Source: a virus. From it: DNA of 64,000 nt. Location: positions 24,731 to 88,730 of IMG/VR virus record IMGVR_UViG_3300045988_128894, one strand, 5' to 3'. Numbering within the stretch: position 1 is the stretch's first letter; every line of letters starts with the position of its first letter. Shown in pieces: positions 34,978 to 44,923 of the stretch. The notes under the pieces are model-generated. The model did not search any database. It was not told the origin of the DNA and saw only the letters and a program-made list of their open reading frames with translations. The position numbers and the translations under genes are program-made.

Positions 34978-36698
34978 ATGTAAAACTCTGGAAGGGAAGT
35001 AGGAACGACCTATCAGACCCTATTAGAACGATTATGGAGAATAGAGGGGTCGAGGATTATAAGACCTACATGAACCTAGATGATTCTTGTCTGAATTCTC
35101 CGTGGGAACTGGACAACATGGAAGATGCTGTCAGGCTGTTGAATAAACATATCTGGAATAAGTCTATTATCTCTATCCTTGTAGACTGTGATGTGGATGG
35201 ATTCACAAGTGCTTCAATGATGTTTCAGTATTTGAAGACGATTGGTTATTTTGGAAAAATCAATGTTCTGCATCATAGTGGTAAGGAACATGGACTCTCT
35301 AAAGAAATCGAGGTTCCACCTGAAACTACTCTGCTGATTATTCCTGACGCTGGCAGCAACGACGTTGAACAGTGCAAGGAACTCCGTGAAAATGGCATCG
35401 ATATTCTGATTCTTGACCATCACATCTGCGACAGAGAGAATCCATACGCAGTAATTGTCAACAACCAGAATGGTACATATCCTAACAAGGAACTGTCCGG
35501 TGCGGGTGTTGTGTATAAGTTCCTTCAGGCTGTTGATGAGGATAATTGGACTGATGTTGCAGACCGGTATCTTGATCTGGTGGCTGTCGGAAACATTGGT
35601 GATGTCATGGATATGCACTCGTATGAGACGAAGCGCCTTTGCACGAAAGGTCTGGCACGTATTGTGAATCCGATGATTTGTGCTCTAGTTGAAGCAAATA
35701 GCTTCAATATTAAGGGTGATCCGACTATCAATGATGTTCAGTTCTATGTTGTTCCGATGATGAACGCACTGATTCGTGTTGGCTCATCTGAACAAAAGAA
35801 GCGGATGTTCCGTGCAATGGTCGGTGAAGAACAGACTTTCCAGTACACTCCGACTCGTGGTAAGAATGCTGGTGTCACGATTGATGAAACTCTGGCGCAG
35901 CATGTGGCTCGTGAGTGTTCCTCTTGCAAGTATCAGCAGAATAAAATCAAGGACAAGGCTGTTGGAGAGCTCCAGAAGTTGATTGAAAAGCACGGTGCAG
36001 ACCAGAATAAGATTCTTTTCTGTAACTCCACAGGTATTCTTGATAACACTCTGACCGGTGTTGTAGCAATCAAGCTGGCTGAAATGTACGCAAAACCGTG
36101 TGTGTTGCTTCGTACTTTTACTGATGAGCCGGACTATTATGGTGGCTCGATGAGAAATCCTGATGGTTCTCCGATTGAAAGCCTAAAGGAATTCTTGATG
36201 AGCACCGGAGATTTTGAATCGGTTCTTGGTCACGACAATGCTGCTGGTGTGAAAATCAAGAAAGAAAACGTGCCAAAGGCTATTGCAGACTGTGATGAGC
36301 TACTTAAAGATGTCACGATGAGTAAGGCGATCGTGGTTGACTTTGATTTTGATTATAATAAATTGAACGTTGCATTGCCGAAAACAATGTACGAGATGCA
36401 CAAAGTCTGGGCGCAGGGTATTTCTGAGCCGTATTTCTATATTAGAAACATTCCGCTTGTTCATAGTGGGTGTGCTCCGATGGGCAAAAACGGTAATATG
36501 TGGAAGTATTCTGATGAAGAAAAAGGCATTGATTTTGTGTGCTTTGCGGATAATGACCGGATGCTTGGTTGGATCAATAATGATTTCTATGGTGGTCGGG
36601 AAGAGAAATACATCAATGCGGTATGCCGGTTGTCCCTAAATCAGTATGGGAACAAGGTTACACCGCAGGCACAGATTGTTGATTTTGAGGTGATTTGA
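34974..36698 (+). CDS. DHH-family phosphoesterase, RecJ-like ssDNA exonuclease
   Basis: DCDVDG (motif I), LHHSG, PDAGSND, ILILDHHI (DHH motif). Confidence 0.65.
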   Translation: MNVKLWKGSRNDLSDPIRTIMENRGVEDYKTYMNLDDSCLNSPWELDNMEDAVRLLNKHIWNKSIISILVDCDVDGFTSASMMFQYLKTIGYFGKINVLHHSGKEHGLSKEIEVPPETTLLIIPDAGSNDVEQCKELRENGIDILILDHHICDRENPYAVIVNNQNGTYPNKELSGAGVVYKFLQAVDEDNWTDVADRYLDLVAVGNIGDVMDMHSYETKRLCTKGLARIVNPMICALVEANSFNIKGDPTINDVQFYVVPMMNALIRVGSSEQKKRMFRAMVGEEQTFQYTPTRGKNAGVTIDETLAQHVARECSSCKYQQNKIKDKAVGELQKLIEKHGADQNKILFCNSTGILDNTLTGVVAIKLAEMYAKPCVLLRTFTDEPDYYGGSMRNPDGSPIESLKEFLMSTGDFESVLGHDNAAGVKIKKENVPKAIADCDELLKDVTMSKAIVVDFDFDYNKLNVALPKTMYEMHKVWAQGISEPYFYIRNIPLVHSGCAPMGKNGNMWKYSDEEKGIDFVCFADNDRMLGWINNDFYGGREEKYINAVCRLSLNQYGNKVTPQAQIVDFEVI

Positions 36699-37516
36699 TG
36701 AGAGAAGCGATCTGCGTACATTTATACGGAGACGGTTCAAGAAATAATAGACTTAGAGCAGAGTACATCTATTGCGATAGGGCAAATGAATGCTCTGCAT
36801 ATAAGCAGGGAAGATGTCTTTGTGTTACATATCCATTTTCCAGTCGTTGCCCAGTTGGGAATGTTGAAAGTGTTGATGGTGGAACGAAACGCTCAAAGAT
36901 GTTTACAAGGGTAAAAGACTGTGCAAAGTCAGCCCCTTATTACGGAGCACTTCGGTACTCAAGTAATTTGAAAATTGTTCGCATCGGAGATGATGCGGTT
37001 CTATCATTAAGCTATGTGAGCTTAAAAATCGAAAATGGCGATTTGAAAGTTGATGGCCCTTGGGAAAGTGGCAGCAAAATACTTTTTATCCCGATGGAAA
37101 TTCTTACGGCTGATAATATTTTGAAAGTTTGCGAGTGTAAGCCGATGGCTCTTATGGGTGGAGAAATTGAGTCGTACCAAAAGGACGAAGTTCCAATGTT
37201 TTTGAGACAACTTCGGAAATTATTCCCAGAAATCTATACAGAGCTTATAGTAAAGTCTCCGGTTCAAGAGAACAAAATGCCACATTTTGTTGGAAAGCGA
37301 GCAAAATTGCTTACGCTTAAACCGAATTGCAAATATAAAACGAGATATGGTAGTTTCTTCTTTGATGGAAAGTACGCATATTTCGATAATTACGATACTG
37401 ATTTTAAGCCGTTCTTGAAATGTGGGAACATGAGCGCGAAGGTAGAGATCACAAACGATACAGTGGTTACGGTGTCCGACAATGAACAGGTATTGGAAAT
37501 GACAGAGTTTGTATGA
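36695..37516 (+). CDS. hypothetical Cys-rich protein
   Basis: ATGA overlap; 273 aa. Confidence 0.5.
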   Translation: MMREAICVHLYGDGSRNNRLRAEYIYCDRANECSAYKQGRCLCVTYPFSSRCPVGNVESVDGGTKRSKMFTRVKDCAKSAPYYGALRYSSNLKIVRIGDDAVLSLSYVSLKIENGDLKVDGPWESGSKILFIPMEILTADNILKVCECKPMALMGGEIESYQKDEVPMFLRQLRKLFPEIYTELIVKSPVQENKMPHFVGKRAKLLTLKPNCKYKTRYGSFFFDGKYAYFDNYDTDFKPFLKCGNMSAKVEITNDTVVTVSDNEQVLEMTEFV

Positions 37517-37527
37517 GGTGATTTGAT

Positions 37528-37869
37528 ATGGGGAATTGGAAACGTGCTATCGCCATCGATTTTGATGGCACTCTCTGTGAGAATAATTATCCTGATATCG
37601 GTGAGCCAAACTGGAATATCATTTATCAAGCAATCCAGGAACAGAAGCACGGTGCTGGGTTGATTCTCTGGACTTGCCGGGAAGGAAAGCTTCTGTATGA
37701 TGCGATGGAAGCTTGTTTTGATTGGGGAATCCAGTTTGATGCCATCAATGAAAGTCTTCCTGAGTGGAAAGAGCATTTTGGTACTGCACCTAGAAAGGTC
37801 GGTGCTGATGAATATTGGGATGATAAGGCCAGAACTGTAAAGAATGGAGAGTTGGTTGACAATGACTAA
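37528..37869 (+). CDS. small HAD-like protein (DxDGT motif)
   Basis: AIAIDFDGTLC near N-terminus; GAGGTG RBS; only 113 aa. Confidence 0.4.
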   Translation: MGNWKRAIAIDFDGTLCENNYPDIGEPNWNIIYQAIQEQKHGAGLILWTCREGKLLYDAMEACFDWGIQFDAINESLPEWKEHFGTAPRKVGADEYWDDKARTVKNGELVDND

Positions 37870-38167
37870 TGCGAATAATTACGTTTTATCATTAAATCTA
37901 TTGGATGGTGTACATCAATCACTCTGGAATGCTCTTAAAAGCTTGGAATTGTTTCGACAAGGAACTGCGTTTAATCAGGTTTTGAATGATGATACGCATA
38001 TTATTGAACCGGATGAATTGACTTATGTTCTTGATAAATTTGCAGAACAGCATCCTGATTGGAAAATCTGTATTGAAACTGACCATGGGACGGTTAGTGA
38101 AAAACTCAAAATGAATCATAATTTCTACGAAGGAATGGGTAATATGATTGTCCTTGATTTTGAATGA
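37862..38167 (+). CDS. hypothetical protein
   Basis: GGAGAG RBS before ATG 37862. Confidence 0.4.
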   Translation: MTNANNYVLSLNLLDGVHQSLWNALKSLELFRQGTAFNQVLNDDTHIIEPDELTYVLDKFAEQHPDWKICIETDHGTVSEKLKMNHNFYEGMGNMIVLDFE

Positions 38168-38418
38168 AGATGACAAAACGACAATATAGACATAACAGAA
38201 TTGATTATCGCACATATAATTACACACTCAAGAAATATCACAACTTACACAGAGAAATCTACGCTAAAAATGCAAGAGATGCAGTTAAAATGCTAAGAAG
38301 TAAAGAATGTAATCGTGAGTTTGAGATTGTTAAAGTCTGGTTTGTTGATATTTTTGGTGATAGAAACGATAGATTTTATCCACGAACTTATGTGATTGAC
38401 AAAGAAGATTATGAGTGA
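38164..38418 (+). CDS. hypothetical basic protein
   Basis: ATGA overlap. Confidence 0.45.
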   Translation: MKMTKRQYRHNRIDYRTYNYTLKKYHNLHREIYAKNARDAVKMLRSKECNREFEIVKVWFVDIFGDRNDRFYPRTYVIDKEDYE

Positions 38419-38430
38419 GGTGAGGACGCA

Positions 38431-39189
38431 ATGGCGGTATACATCACGGGTGATATTCATGGTGATTTTAATCGGTTTTTAGAATTGGAAAAGTTTTGCC
38501 ATGAACACAATCTTGGAAAGAATGACTGGATTGTCTGCCTTGGCGATGTCGGTTTGAACTACTACGGTAAGGATGATCCTCGTGAATGGAGTATCAAGAC
38601 TATCGCCGCAGATATTCCTGCGAATCTGTTTTGTATTCATGGCAACTACGAACGCCGCCCGTCTCGTAAGGATGGTTATAGAACAAAGGAAATCAGTGGA
38701 GATATTTGTAGTAAGGTGTGGCATGACTCACATTATCCCAATCAGTATTTCGCTATTGATGGTGAGGTTTACCAGATTCTTTCCGGCGTAGAGATGTTGA
38801 ATTGTCTTGTTTGTGGTGGAGCTTATTCTGTGGATAAGTATTATCGACTAGAGTGGGGATATAATTGGTGGACGGATGAGCAGCCGAATGAGAAGACTAA
38901 GAAAAAGATCTGGAATATTACACATGACCATCAAATCGATGATATTGATGTTATGCTCACGCATACCTGTCCATTCCGGTTCATTCCAACTGAATTGTTT
39001 ATCGGTGGTATTGATCAAAGCACAGTGGATCAGTCAACTGAAATATTCTTTGATAATATATACGAATGCTATCCTAACGATCGTAAACCATTCTGGTACT
39101 TCGGCCATTTTCATGGCAACAAGTATACCGATGACTATGTGATGCTTTTCGACGATATTATTAAGTTTGGAAATAAGAGGAAGGAGTAA
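38431..39189 (+). CDS. calcineurin-like metallophosphoesterase
   Basis: GDIHGD, CLGDVG, IHGNYE motifs. Confidence 0.7.
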   Translation: MAVYITGDIHGDFNRFLELEKFCHEHNLGKNDWIVCLGDVGLNYYGKDDPREWSIKTIAADIPANLFCIHGNYERRPSRKDGYRTKEISGDICSKVWHDSHYPNQYFAIDGEVYQILSGVEMLNCLVCGGAYSVDKYYRLEWGYNWWTDEQPNEKTKKKIWNITHDHQIDDIDVMLTHTCPFRFIPTELFIGGIDQSTVDQSTEIFFDNIYECYPNDRKPFWYFGHFHGNKYTDDYVMLFDDIIKFGNKRKE

Positions 39190-39191
39190 GA

Positions 39192-42100
39192 ATGTCAAGT
39201 AGTTTACACACGCACTCGAATTACAGTCTGCTAGATGGGTACTCTTCTCCTGAAGAAAATTTAAAAAGAGCATCTGAACTCGGTTTAAAGGCCGTTGCTA
39301 TTACGGAGCATGGTGAGGTAACAAGCTGGCCGTACTACTCAGAACTGAAGGACAAGTATCCGAATGTAAAACTTCTTTATGGTATTGAGGCATACGAGTG
39401 TGAAAACAGGGAAGTTAAGGATAAGAACAGTAAATACTGGCACCTGATTATTATCGCAAAGAATGAGGCTGGCCGTCAGGCTGTTAATCGCTTGTCTACA
39501 CTCGGTCATCTTCATGGTTTTTATAGCCGTCCTCGTATCACAAAAGAGGATATCGCTAAGGAAGATACGAATAATTTGATTATCCTGTCTGCTTGTTTAG
39601 CAAGTAGGCTATCCAGAACAGATGATTATAACGCTTGTATTAAGCTGGTTCAAGAGTATAAGAGCTTATTTCCTCACTATTATCTTGAAGTTCAGGCTCA
39701 TGCAAACAGTGAACAGGCAAAATACAATCAAAAAATCATGCGGCTGGCGAATGATACTCATACAAAAGTAGTTGTCACAAACGATGTTCACGCTGCCACC
39801 AAAGAAGATCTTTATTATCAAGATTATTTCCTTCGTATCGCTCATGATACGGAAACCGCCGCAGAAATCTATGAAGGATGCTACTTCATGTCTCGTGAGG
39901 AACAGCATAGAGTTCTTGATAGCCAGATTGGATACGAAGCGGCAGAATGGTGTATCAATAATACTGACGAGGTTGCTGACCTGTGTGATGATGTAGATAT
40001 GCCTTGGCATGAACCTGAACTTCCCAAAATTGAGATTCCGCCACAGTATTCTAATTCGGCAGCTTACCTGAAAGACCTTGTAAAAGAGGGATGGAAGAAA
40101 CGTGGAATTGATAAGTTTGATGCAGAAAAGCAGAAAATCTATCGCAAACGTGTTGATGATGAGTTGTTTGTCATCGAGAAGAAAGACTTCTGTGACTACT
40201 TTTTGATTCTAGTCGATTACATCAACTGGTGTAAACAGAACGATGTTATTGTTGGCCCAGGGCGAGGTTCTGCTGCTGGTTCACTTGTATGTTACTTGAT
40301 TGGTATTACGCAGCTTGACTCTATCAAATACGAGCTTGATTTCGGACGATTCCTTACTATTGAACGAAAGGACCTTCCTGACGTTGATGTGGACGTTAGC
40401 GACCGTGCGAAGGTTGTTGAGTATTTGACACAGAAGTATGGAGAAGATCGAGTGGTTCAGGTTATGAATATCGTGTACACTACTCCGGTCACTTCGATTC
40501 AAGACGTTGGTAAAGTTCTCGGCTTTCCGTATGCTGAAATAAGAAAAATCAGCGAGAAGTTTGTTCAAAAGACATGGAAGGATTGCCTTGATGCCAACCC
40601 GGAAGTGGCTGAAAATCCGAAGTATAAGGAACTACTTGACATCGCAAGTCATATCAATGGTCGCCCACGAGGATATGGTATTCATGCTGGCGGTGTTATT
40701 GTCTGCCGACATCCTTATTATGAGTATATCGGCATTCGGCACGGCACTGACGGAGAACATGTTATTTCTGTTGATAAAGTGATGGACGAGAAGATTGGAC
40801 TCGTCAAGTTTGATATTCTTGGTGTTGCGTCGCTGGTTGCTATCGATGAGGCAAAACGTGAAGACAATATTCCAGACTGGGAGATTGATATTAACAATCC
40901 AGAGTTTGAAAACGATAAGGCAACTTACGATTTGATTTGCTCCGGGCGGACAGACAATCTATTCCAGATTGAGTCTTCGGGAATGAAGGATCTGGTTGCA
41001 CAGCTTCAGCCGAGGTCGATTGAAGAGCTATCCGCTTTGATTGCACTTTATCGCCCTGATGCAATGCCGTCCATTCCTACATACGTTGATTGCAAATACC
41101 ATCCTGAGCACATTCATTATTTTCATCCTGATATGGAACCGATTTTCCGCAGCACATACGGTGTGAATATTTATCAGGAACAGAGTATGAAGCTCACGAA
41201 GGTGTTCGGTGGTCGAAACGATGCCGGAGCTGACAGAATGCGTAAGTGCTTGGCAAAGAAAAAACCTGAGAAAGTCAAGGAAGAGGTCGAGCTTCTTTAC
41301 GATGAGATTCTTGCAAACGGATACGATAAAGCAACCGCCGAATATATTTGCGATGAACTGTCAACGAAGGGCGGCTACGGATTTAACAAGTCACATTCTC
41401 AGGCGTATGCCGTTATCTGCCTTCAAACAGCATACTTAAAAACACACCATCCGCTTGCATTCTTTAAGGCTATGCTAAACCTGAATAAAGCAAAGGTCGG
41501 TAAGGTAAACAAGATTATGGTGGATGCACGGAGTTTTGGTGTTCAGGTTCTTCCTCCGAGTATCAATCGTTCCGGCATGGATTTTACTGTATCGAATGGG
41601 AAAATTCTATTTGGCCTATCCGCAATCGGTGGTATTGGTGATACGCTTGCCGATGCTATTATTGCCGAAAGAGATAAGAATGGAAAGTTCAAGGGTCTTG
41701 ATGACTTCACGAGCCGTGTCCGTGCAACAAAGGCACAGATCATCGCACTGGTTAAGTCTGGTGCCATTCCTACAAAGAATAAACGAGCATTCTTGGAAAA
41801 GTACATTGCGAGTGGTTTGGAGCAATCTGAGTTCAAACCGGTAAGCACACTTCCTACAAAAGCTGTCCTGCTGAGTAAGTGGGATATTGATACGGAGCAT
41901 TATAAGGTTGGTAAGAAGGTTGATAAAGAAACTGTCCTACGAATCTATAACGAAAAACGCCGTGTTGTATATGAAACTGAAAAGCTCAAGAAAAAAGAAG
42001 CATACATGACTGAGCAGTCAGAGAAGTATTTGAAGGACGAGCAATTCTGGGAGTTCCAGACATTACAGACGTTCATCATCGATAAGAATCCGTTTGAAAA

Positions 42101-42407
42101 GGCATACGAGTACATTCAGGATTTCTCAGAGATTGAGAGTGGCGACTCTTGTGTGCTGGTTGGTATTATCGCAAAGATTCAGAAGAAGAAAACAAAGACT
42201 GGTATGCAGTTTGCATTTGTAAATCTGTACTCTGGTGATGGTATCATTGAGCTAACTGTGTGGCCGAGAATCCTTTCTGATTATCAGGATTTGATTGTTA
42301 AGGGAAGTCAGGTAGCTGTGCTTGGTAAGAAGGAAGATGATTCGCACGTTATTGCAAATGACTTCAAGCCTTACAAGCAATGGCTGCATGATAGAGAGAT
42401 AAGGTAA
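39192..42407 (+). CDS. dnaE: DNA polymerase III alpha subunit (DnaE-type, PHP domain)
   Basis: N-terminal PHP HTHSNYSLLDG; core GPGRGSAAGSLVCYLIGIT...ERKDLPDVDVD; 1071 aa. Confidence 0.85.
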   Translation: MSSSLHTHSNYSLLDGYSSPEENLKRASELGLKAVAITEHGEVTSWPYYSELKDKYPNVKLLYGIEAYECENREVKDKNSKYWHLIIIAKNEAGRQAVNRLSTLGHLHGFYSRPRITKEDIAKEDTNNLIILSACLASRLSRTDDYNACIKLVQEYKSLFPHYYLEVQAHANSEQAKYNQKIMRLANDTHTKVVVTNDVHAATKEDLYYQDYFLRIAHDTETAAEIYEGCYFMSREEQHRVLDSQIGYEAAEWCINNTDEVADLCDDVDMPWHEPELPKIEIPPQYSNSAAYLKDLVKEGWKKRGIDKFDAEKQKIYRKRVDDELFVIEKKDFCDYFLILVDYINWCKQNDVIVGPGRGSAAGSLVCYLIGITQLDSIKYELDFGRFLTIERKDLPDVDVDVSDRAKVVEYLTQKYGEDRVVQVMNIVYTTPVTSIQDVGKVLGFPYAEIRKISEKFVQKTWKDCLDANPEVAENPKYKELLDIASHINGRPRGYGIHAGGVIVCRHPYYEYIGIRHGTDGEHVISVDKVMDEKIGLVKFDILGVASLVAIDEAKREDNIPDWEIDINNPEFENDKATYDLICSGRTDNLFQIESSGMKDLVAQLQPRSIEELSALIALYRPDAMPSIPTYVDCKYHPEHIHYFHPDMEPIFRSTYGVNIYQEQSMKLTKVFGGRNDAGADRMRKCLAKKKPEKVKEEVELLYDEILANGYDKATAEYICDELSTKGGYGFNKSHSQAYAVICLQTAYLKTHHPLAFFKAMLNLNKAKVGKVNKIMVDARSFGVQVLPPSINRSGMDFTVSNGKILFGLSAIGGIGDTLADAIIAERDKNGKFKGLDDFTSRVRATKAQIIALVKSGAIPTKNKRAFLEKYIASGLEQSEFKPVSTLPTKAVLLSKWDIDTEHYKVGKKVDKETVLRIYNEKRRVVYETEKLKKKEAYMTEQSEKYLKDEQFWEFQTLQTFIIDKNPFEKAYEYIQDFSEIESGDSCVLVGIIAKIQKKKTKTGMQFAFVNLYSGDGIIELTVWPRILSDYQDLIVKGSQVAVLGKKEDDSHVIANDFKPYKQWLHDREIR

Positions 42408-42419
42408 GAGGGTTGTAAG

Positions 42420-44750
42420 GTGGCAGATAAGAAATTTAATGAAAATATGATCCGTTGCTATATCAGGATAAAACGAGTCTTTTATCCGAAAGATGGGAGG
42501 GAGGTGGAGCCCGGCGGCTTCGCCACTTTCTCTGCCGAGGTGGTAAAAGTCAAGCAGGGAAATCCTGTTATGAGTCGATACAGTGACCTCCGGTTAAAGG
42601 GCAACGTTCCTAGCCTCGATATGAATAAAACTTATTCGTTCTGTGGTGAGTATGTTCATCATGAAAAGTTTGGTGACCAGTATAAAATCATTTATATGAA
42701 TGAGTTTCAAGAGATTACTGACCCGGAAGAACAGAAAAGCTTTCTCCATTATATCCTGACCGACCATCAGTTTGAGATACTTTATGAAGCATTCGAAAAT
42801 CCGTATGAGATTATCAAGAATGGTGATATCAAGTCGCTTTGCACTGTTAGTGGTATTACGGAAGGCAGAGCTCAAAAGATCATTGATACTTATGAAAACA
42901 ACATTGATAACAGTGAGGCGTACACAAAGCTAATTGAGTACGGTCTGACCCCTAGTGCTATTGAAAAGCTTGTCCGTCAATATCATGGTGCAGACACTCT
43001 GGTGAGAAAGATTGAAGAGAATCCTTACGTCCTGATTGACGATGTGTATGGCATCGGCTGGAAAAAAGCTGATGCTCTTGCTTTGAATATGGGCTTAAAG
43101 CACAATTCGCAATTCAGAATCGAAGCTTACGTCATGCATTTTCTTGCTGCCCGTGCCGAAGAAGGAAACTCTATTATCCCGGCAAACCAGACAATCAATA
43201 GCTGCATCAAGGAACTTGATTTGAATGAGGGTGACCAAGAAGTCATCAAAAGGGCACTTTTCCATCTGCACGATGTCCGTGAAACACTTTGGTGGAGTGA
43301 TGACCGTCAGGAATTTGCTTTAACTAGAGTGTGGAATCTGGAAGGTGAAATCGCAAAGGAAATCAAGCGACTGGCGGATGCACCTGTTGATCCGATTGGT
43401 CGAAATATGGACGTAGCAATCAATGAAGCCGAGGATGAACTTGGTATCGAGTACACTGAAGAGCAGAGAGATGCTATTAAAAAGGTATGCTCTAACAATA
43501 TTGCTATCGTCACAGGTCTTGGTGGATGCGGTAAAAGTACCGTTGTCGCTGGTGTCTTAAAGGTTCTTCGTGGTAAGTCTTTTGCTCAGACTGCACTTTC
43601 TGGTCGTGCCGCAGCTCGTATGCAGGAGATTACTGGTCAGGACGGTAAGACCATTCATCGTCTTCTTGGTTATGATATTGAGAATGGTGGTTTCGTCCAT
43701 AACAAGGGCAATCCTCTTGAAGAAGACATTATCATTCTGGATGAGACCTCTATGGTTGGAGCTCAGTTATTCTATGACTTGATTCAGGCAATCGAGACCG
43801 GCAAGCGATTCATCATGATTGGTGATGACGGCCAGCTTGAGAGTATCGGTATGTGCAACATCTTCAAAGATATGCTTGCATCTAAGGTTGTTCCTGTAGC
43901 TCGTTTGACTAAGATCCATCGTCAGGCAGCTAAGTCTGCAATTATTACGGAGAGCATCAAGGTTCGTAATGCTACACAGTTGGTTCCTTATGGCTGGGCT
44001 GGCAATGAGGTTCGTGGTGAACTTCGTGACTTGGAGCTTGATATCTATAAGGATGCAAGTGAGTCATTCAACCACATCATCAATCAGTACCGTACCTTAT
44101 ATAATAAGGTAGGGAATGATAGTGCGAAGATTCAGATTGTACTTCCACAGAAGCTTCGTGGCAGTATCTGCACCTATGAAGTCAATAATGCTATTCAGGA
44201 AATCGTGAATCCGAGTAGTGGTCAAGCAGAAGCAAAGGTCACAATCTATGGTGATGGCAAGGATAGAGTGTACACTCTGCGTGAGGGCGATCAGGTTATT
44301 ATCAACAAGAACAACTACGAACTTCATACATATAATTTCAAGACAAAGAAAAAGGAAGAGAAGTGTCCGGTGTTCAACGGAAACCGTGGCATTATCCGAA
44401 AGATTGAGAATAGCTTTATTCTGGTTGATTTTGACCAGTGGGGCACGATATTTATTCCTCATTACTTTGGTGGGAATAACATCTGGGCAACGCTTGAACT
44501 TGCTTATGCTCTGAGTTGTCATAAGCTGCAGGGCAGTGAAGCACCGTATGTGATTGTTGGCATGGACAACTCCGCATATCTGATGTTGACAAGAGAATGG
44601 CTCTATACGGCTATCACTCGTGCCAAGAAGTATTGTGTGATTTGCGCCGAAACTCACGCTCTTGATCGGGCTGTAAAGACTTCGAGAGTTCCATACAAGC
44701 GGACGTTCCTGAAGGAATTTTTACGGAAAGAATTTTCAGAGAATCATTGA
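42420..44750 (+). CDS. RecD-like (RecD2/TraA family) ATP-dependent DNA helicase
   Basis: Walker A VTGLGGCGKST, motif II IIILDETSM, C-terminal LTKIHRQ; GTG start. Confidence 0.75.
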   Translation: MADKKFNENMIRCYIRIKRVFYPKDGREVEPGGFATFSAEVVKVKQGNPVMSRYSDLRLKGNVPSLDMNKTYSFCGEYVHHEKFGDQYKIIYMNEFQEITDPEEQKSFLHYILTDHQFEILYEAFENPYEIIKNGDIKSLCTVSGITEGRAQKIIDTYENNIDNSEAYTKLIEYGLTPSAIEKLVRQYHGADTLVRKIEENPYVLIDDVYGIGWKKADALALNMGLKHNSQFRIEAYVMHFLAARAEEGNSIIPANQTINSCIKELDLNEGDQEVIKRALFHLHDVRETLWWSDDRQEFALTRVWNLEGEIAKEIKRLADAPVDPIGRNMDVAINEAEDELGIEYTEEQRDAIKKVCSNNIAIVTGLGGCGKSTVVAGVLKVLRGKSFAQTALSGRAAARMQEITGQDGKTIHRLLGYDIENGGFVHNKGNPLEEDIIILDETSMVGAQLFYDLIQAIETGKRFIMIGDDGQLESIGMCNIFKDMLASKVVPVARLTKIHRQAAKSAIITESIKVRNATQLVPYGWAGNEVRGELRDLELDIYKDASESFNHIINQYRTLYNKVGNDSAKIQIVLPQKLRGSICTYEVNNAIQEIVNPSSGQAEAKVTIYGDGKDRVYTLREGDQVIINKNNYELHTYNFKTKKKEEKCPVFNGNRGIIRKIENSFILVDFDQWGTIFIPHYFGGNNIWATLELAYALSCHKLQGSEAPYVIVGMDNSAYLMLTREWLYTAITRAKKYCVICAETHALDRAVKTSRVPYKRTFLKEFLRKEFSENH

Positions 44751-44775
44751 CAATTATGTGCGTATCCTGTATAAT
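44747..44775 (+). promoter_or_regulatory. canonical sigma70 promoter (TTGACA-17-TATAAT) containing inverted 21-bp motif
   Basis: TTGACA 44747-44752, TATAAT 44770-44775; GTATCCTGTATAATATAGCTA 44762-44782. Confidence 0.6.
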
Positions 44776-44788
44776 ATAGCTACAAAAA

Positions 44789-44820
44789 GTCTCCATCCCG
44801 GAGGCTTAAAATTCTCTCTT
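44789..44820 (+). terminator. terminator-like hairpin GTCTCC-atccc-GGAGGC plus T-rich tail
   Basis: 6-bp stem with one G-U, followed by TTAAAATTCTCTCTTT. Confidence 0.4.
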
Positions 44821-44841
44821 TAGCTATACAATACAGGATAC
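44821..44841 (+). promoter_or_regulatory. 21-bp motif copy TAGCTATACAATACAGGATAC (direct, identical to 1391 copy)
   Basis: followed by GAAGGAAATGG and tiny ORF. Confidence 0.4.
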
Positions 44842-44850
44842 GAGAAGGAA

Positions 44851-44865
44851 ATGGCTTGCTCGTAA
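44851..44865 (+). other. 4-codon leader ORF (MACS) whose stop lies in the loop of a terminator hairpin
   Basis: GAAGGAAA RBS, ATG GCT TGC TCG TAA embedded in hairpin. Confidence 0.25.
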
Positions 44866-44884
44866 CGACAAGCCTTTCTTTATT
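44853..44884 (+). terminator. rho-independent terminator GGCTTGCTCG-taa-CGACAAGCC + TTTCTTTATT
   Basis: 9-bp stem (one bulge), T-rich tail. Confidence 0.6.
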
Positions 44885-44888
44885 AGCT

Positions 44889-44909
44889 ATAACTATATAA
44901 CACAGGATA
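44889..44909 (+). promoter_or_regulatory. 21-bp motif copy TAACTATATAACACAGGATAC (direct, identical to 21445 copy)
   Basis: followed by GCAAGGAGG RBS and ligase gene. Confidence 0.4.
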
Positions 44910-44923
44910 CGCAAGGAGGCTTT

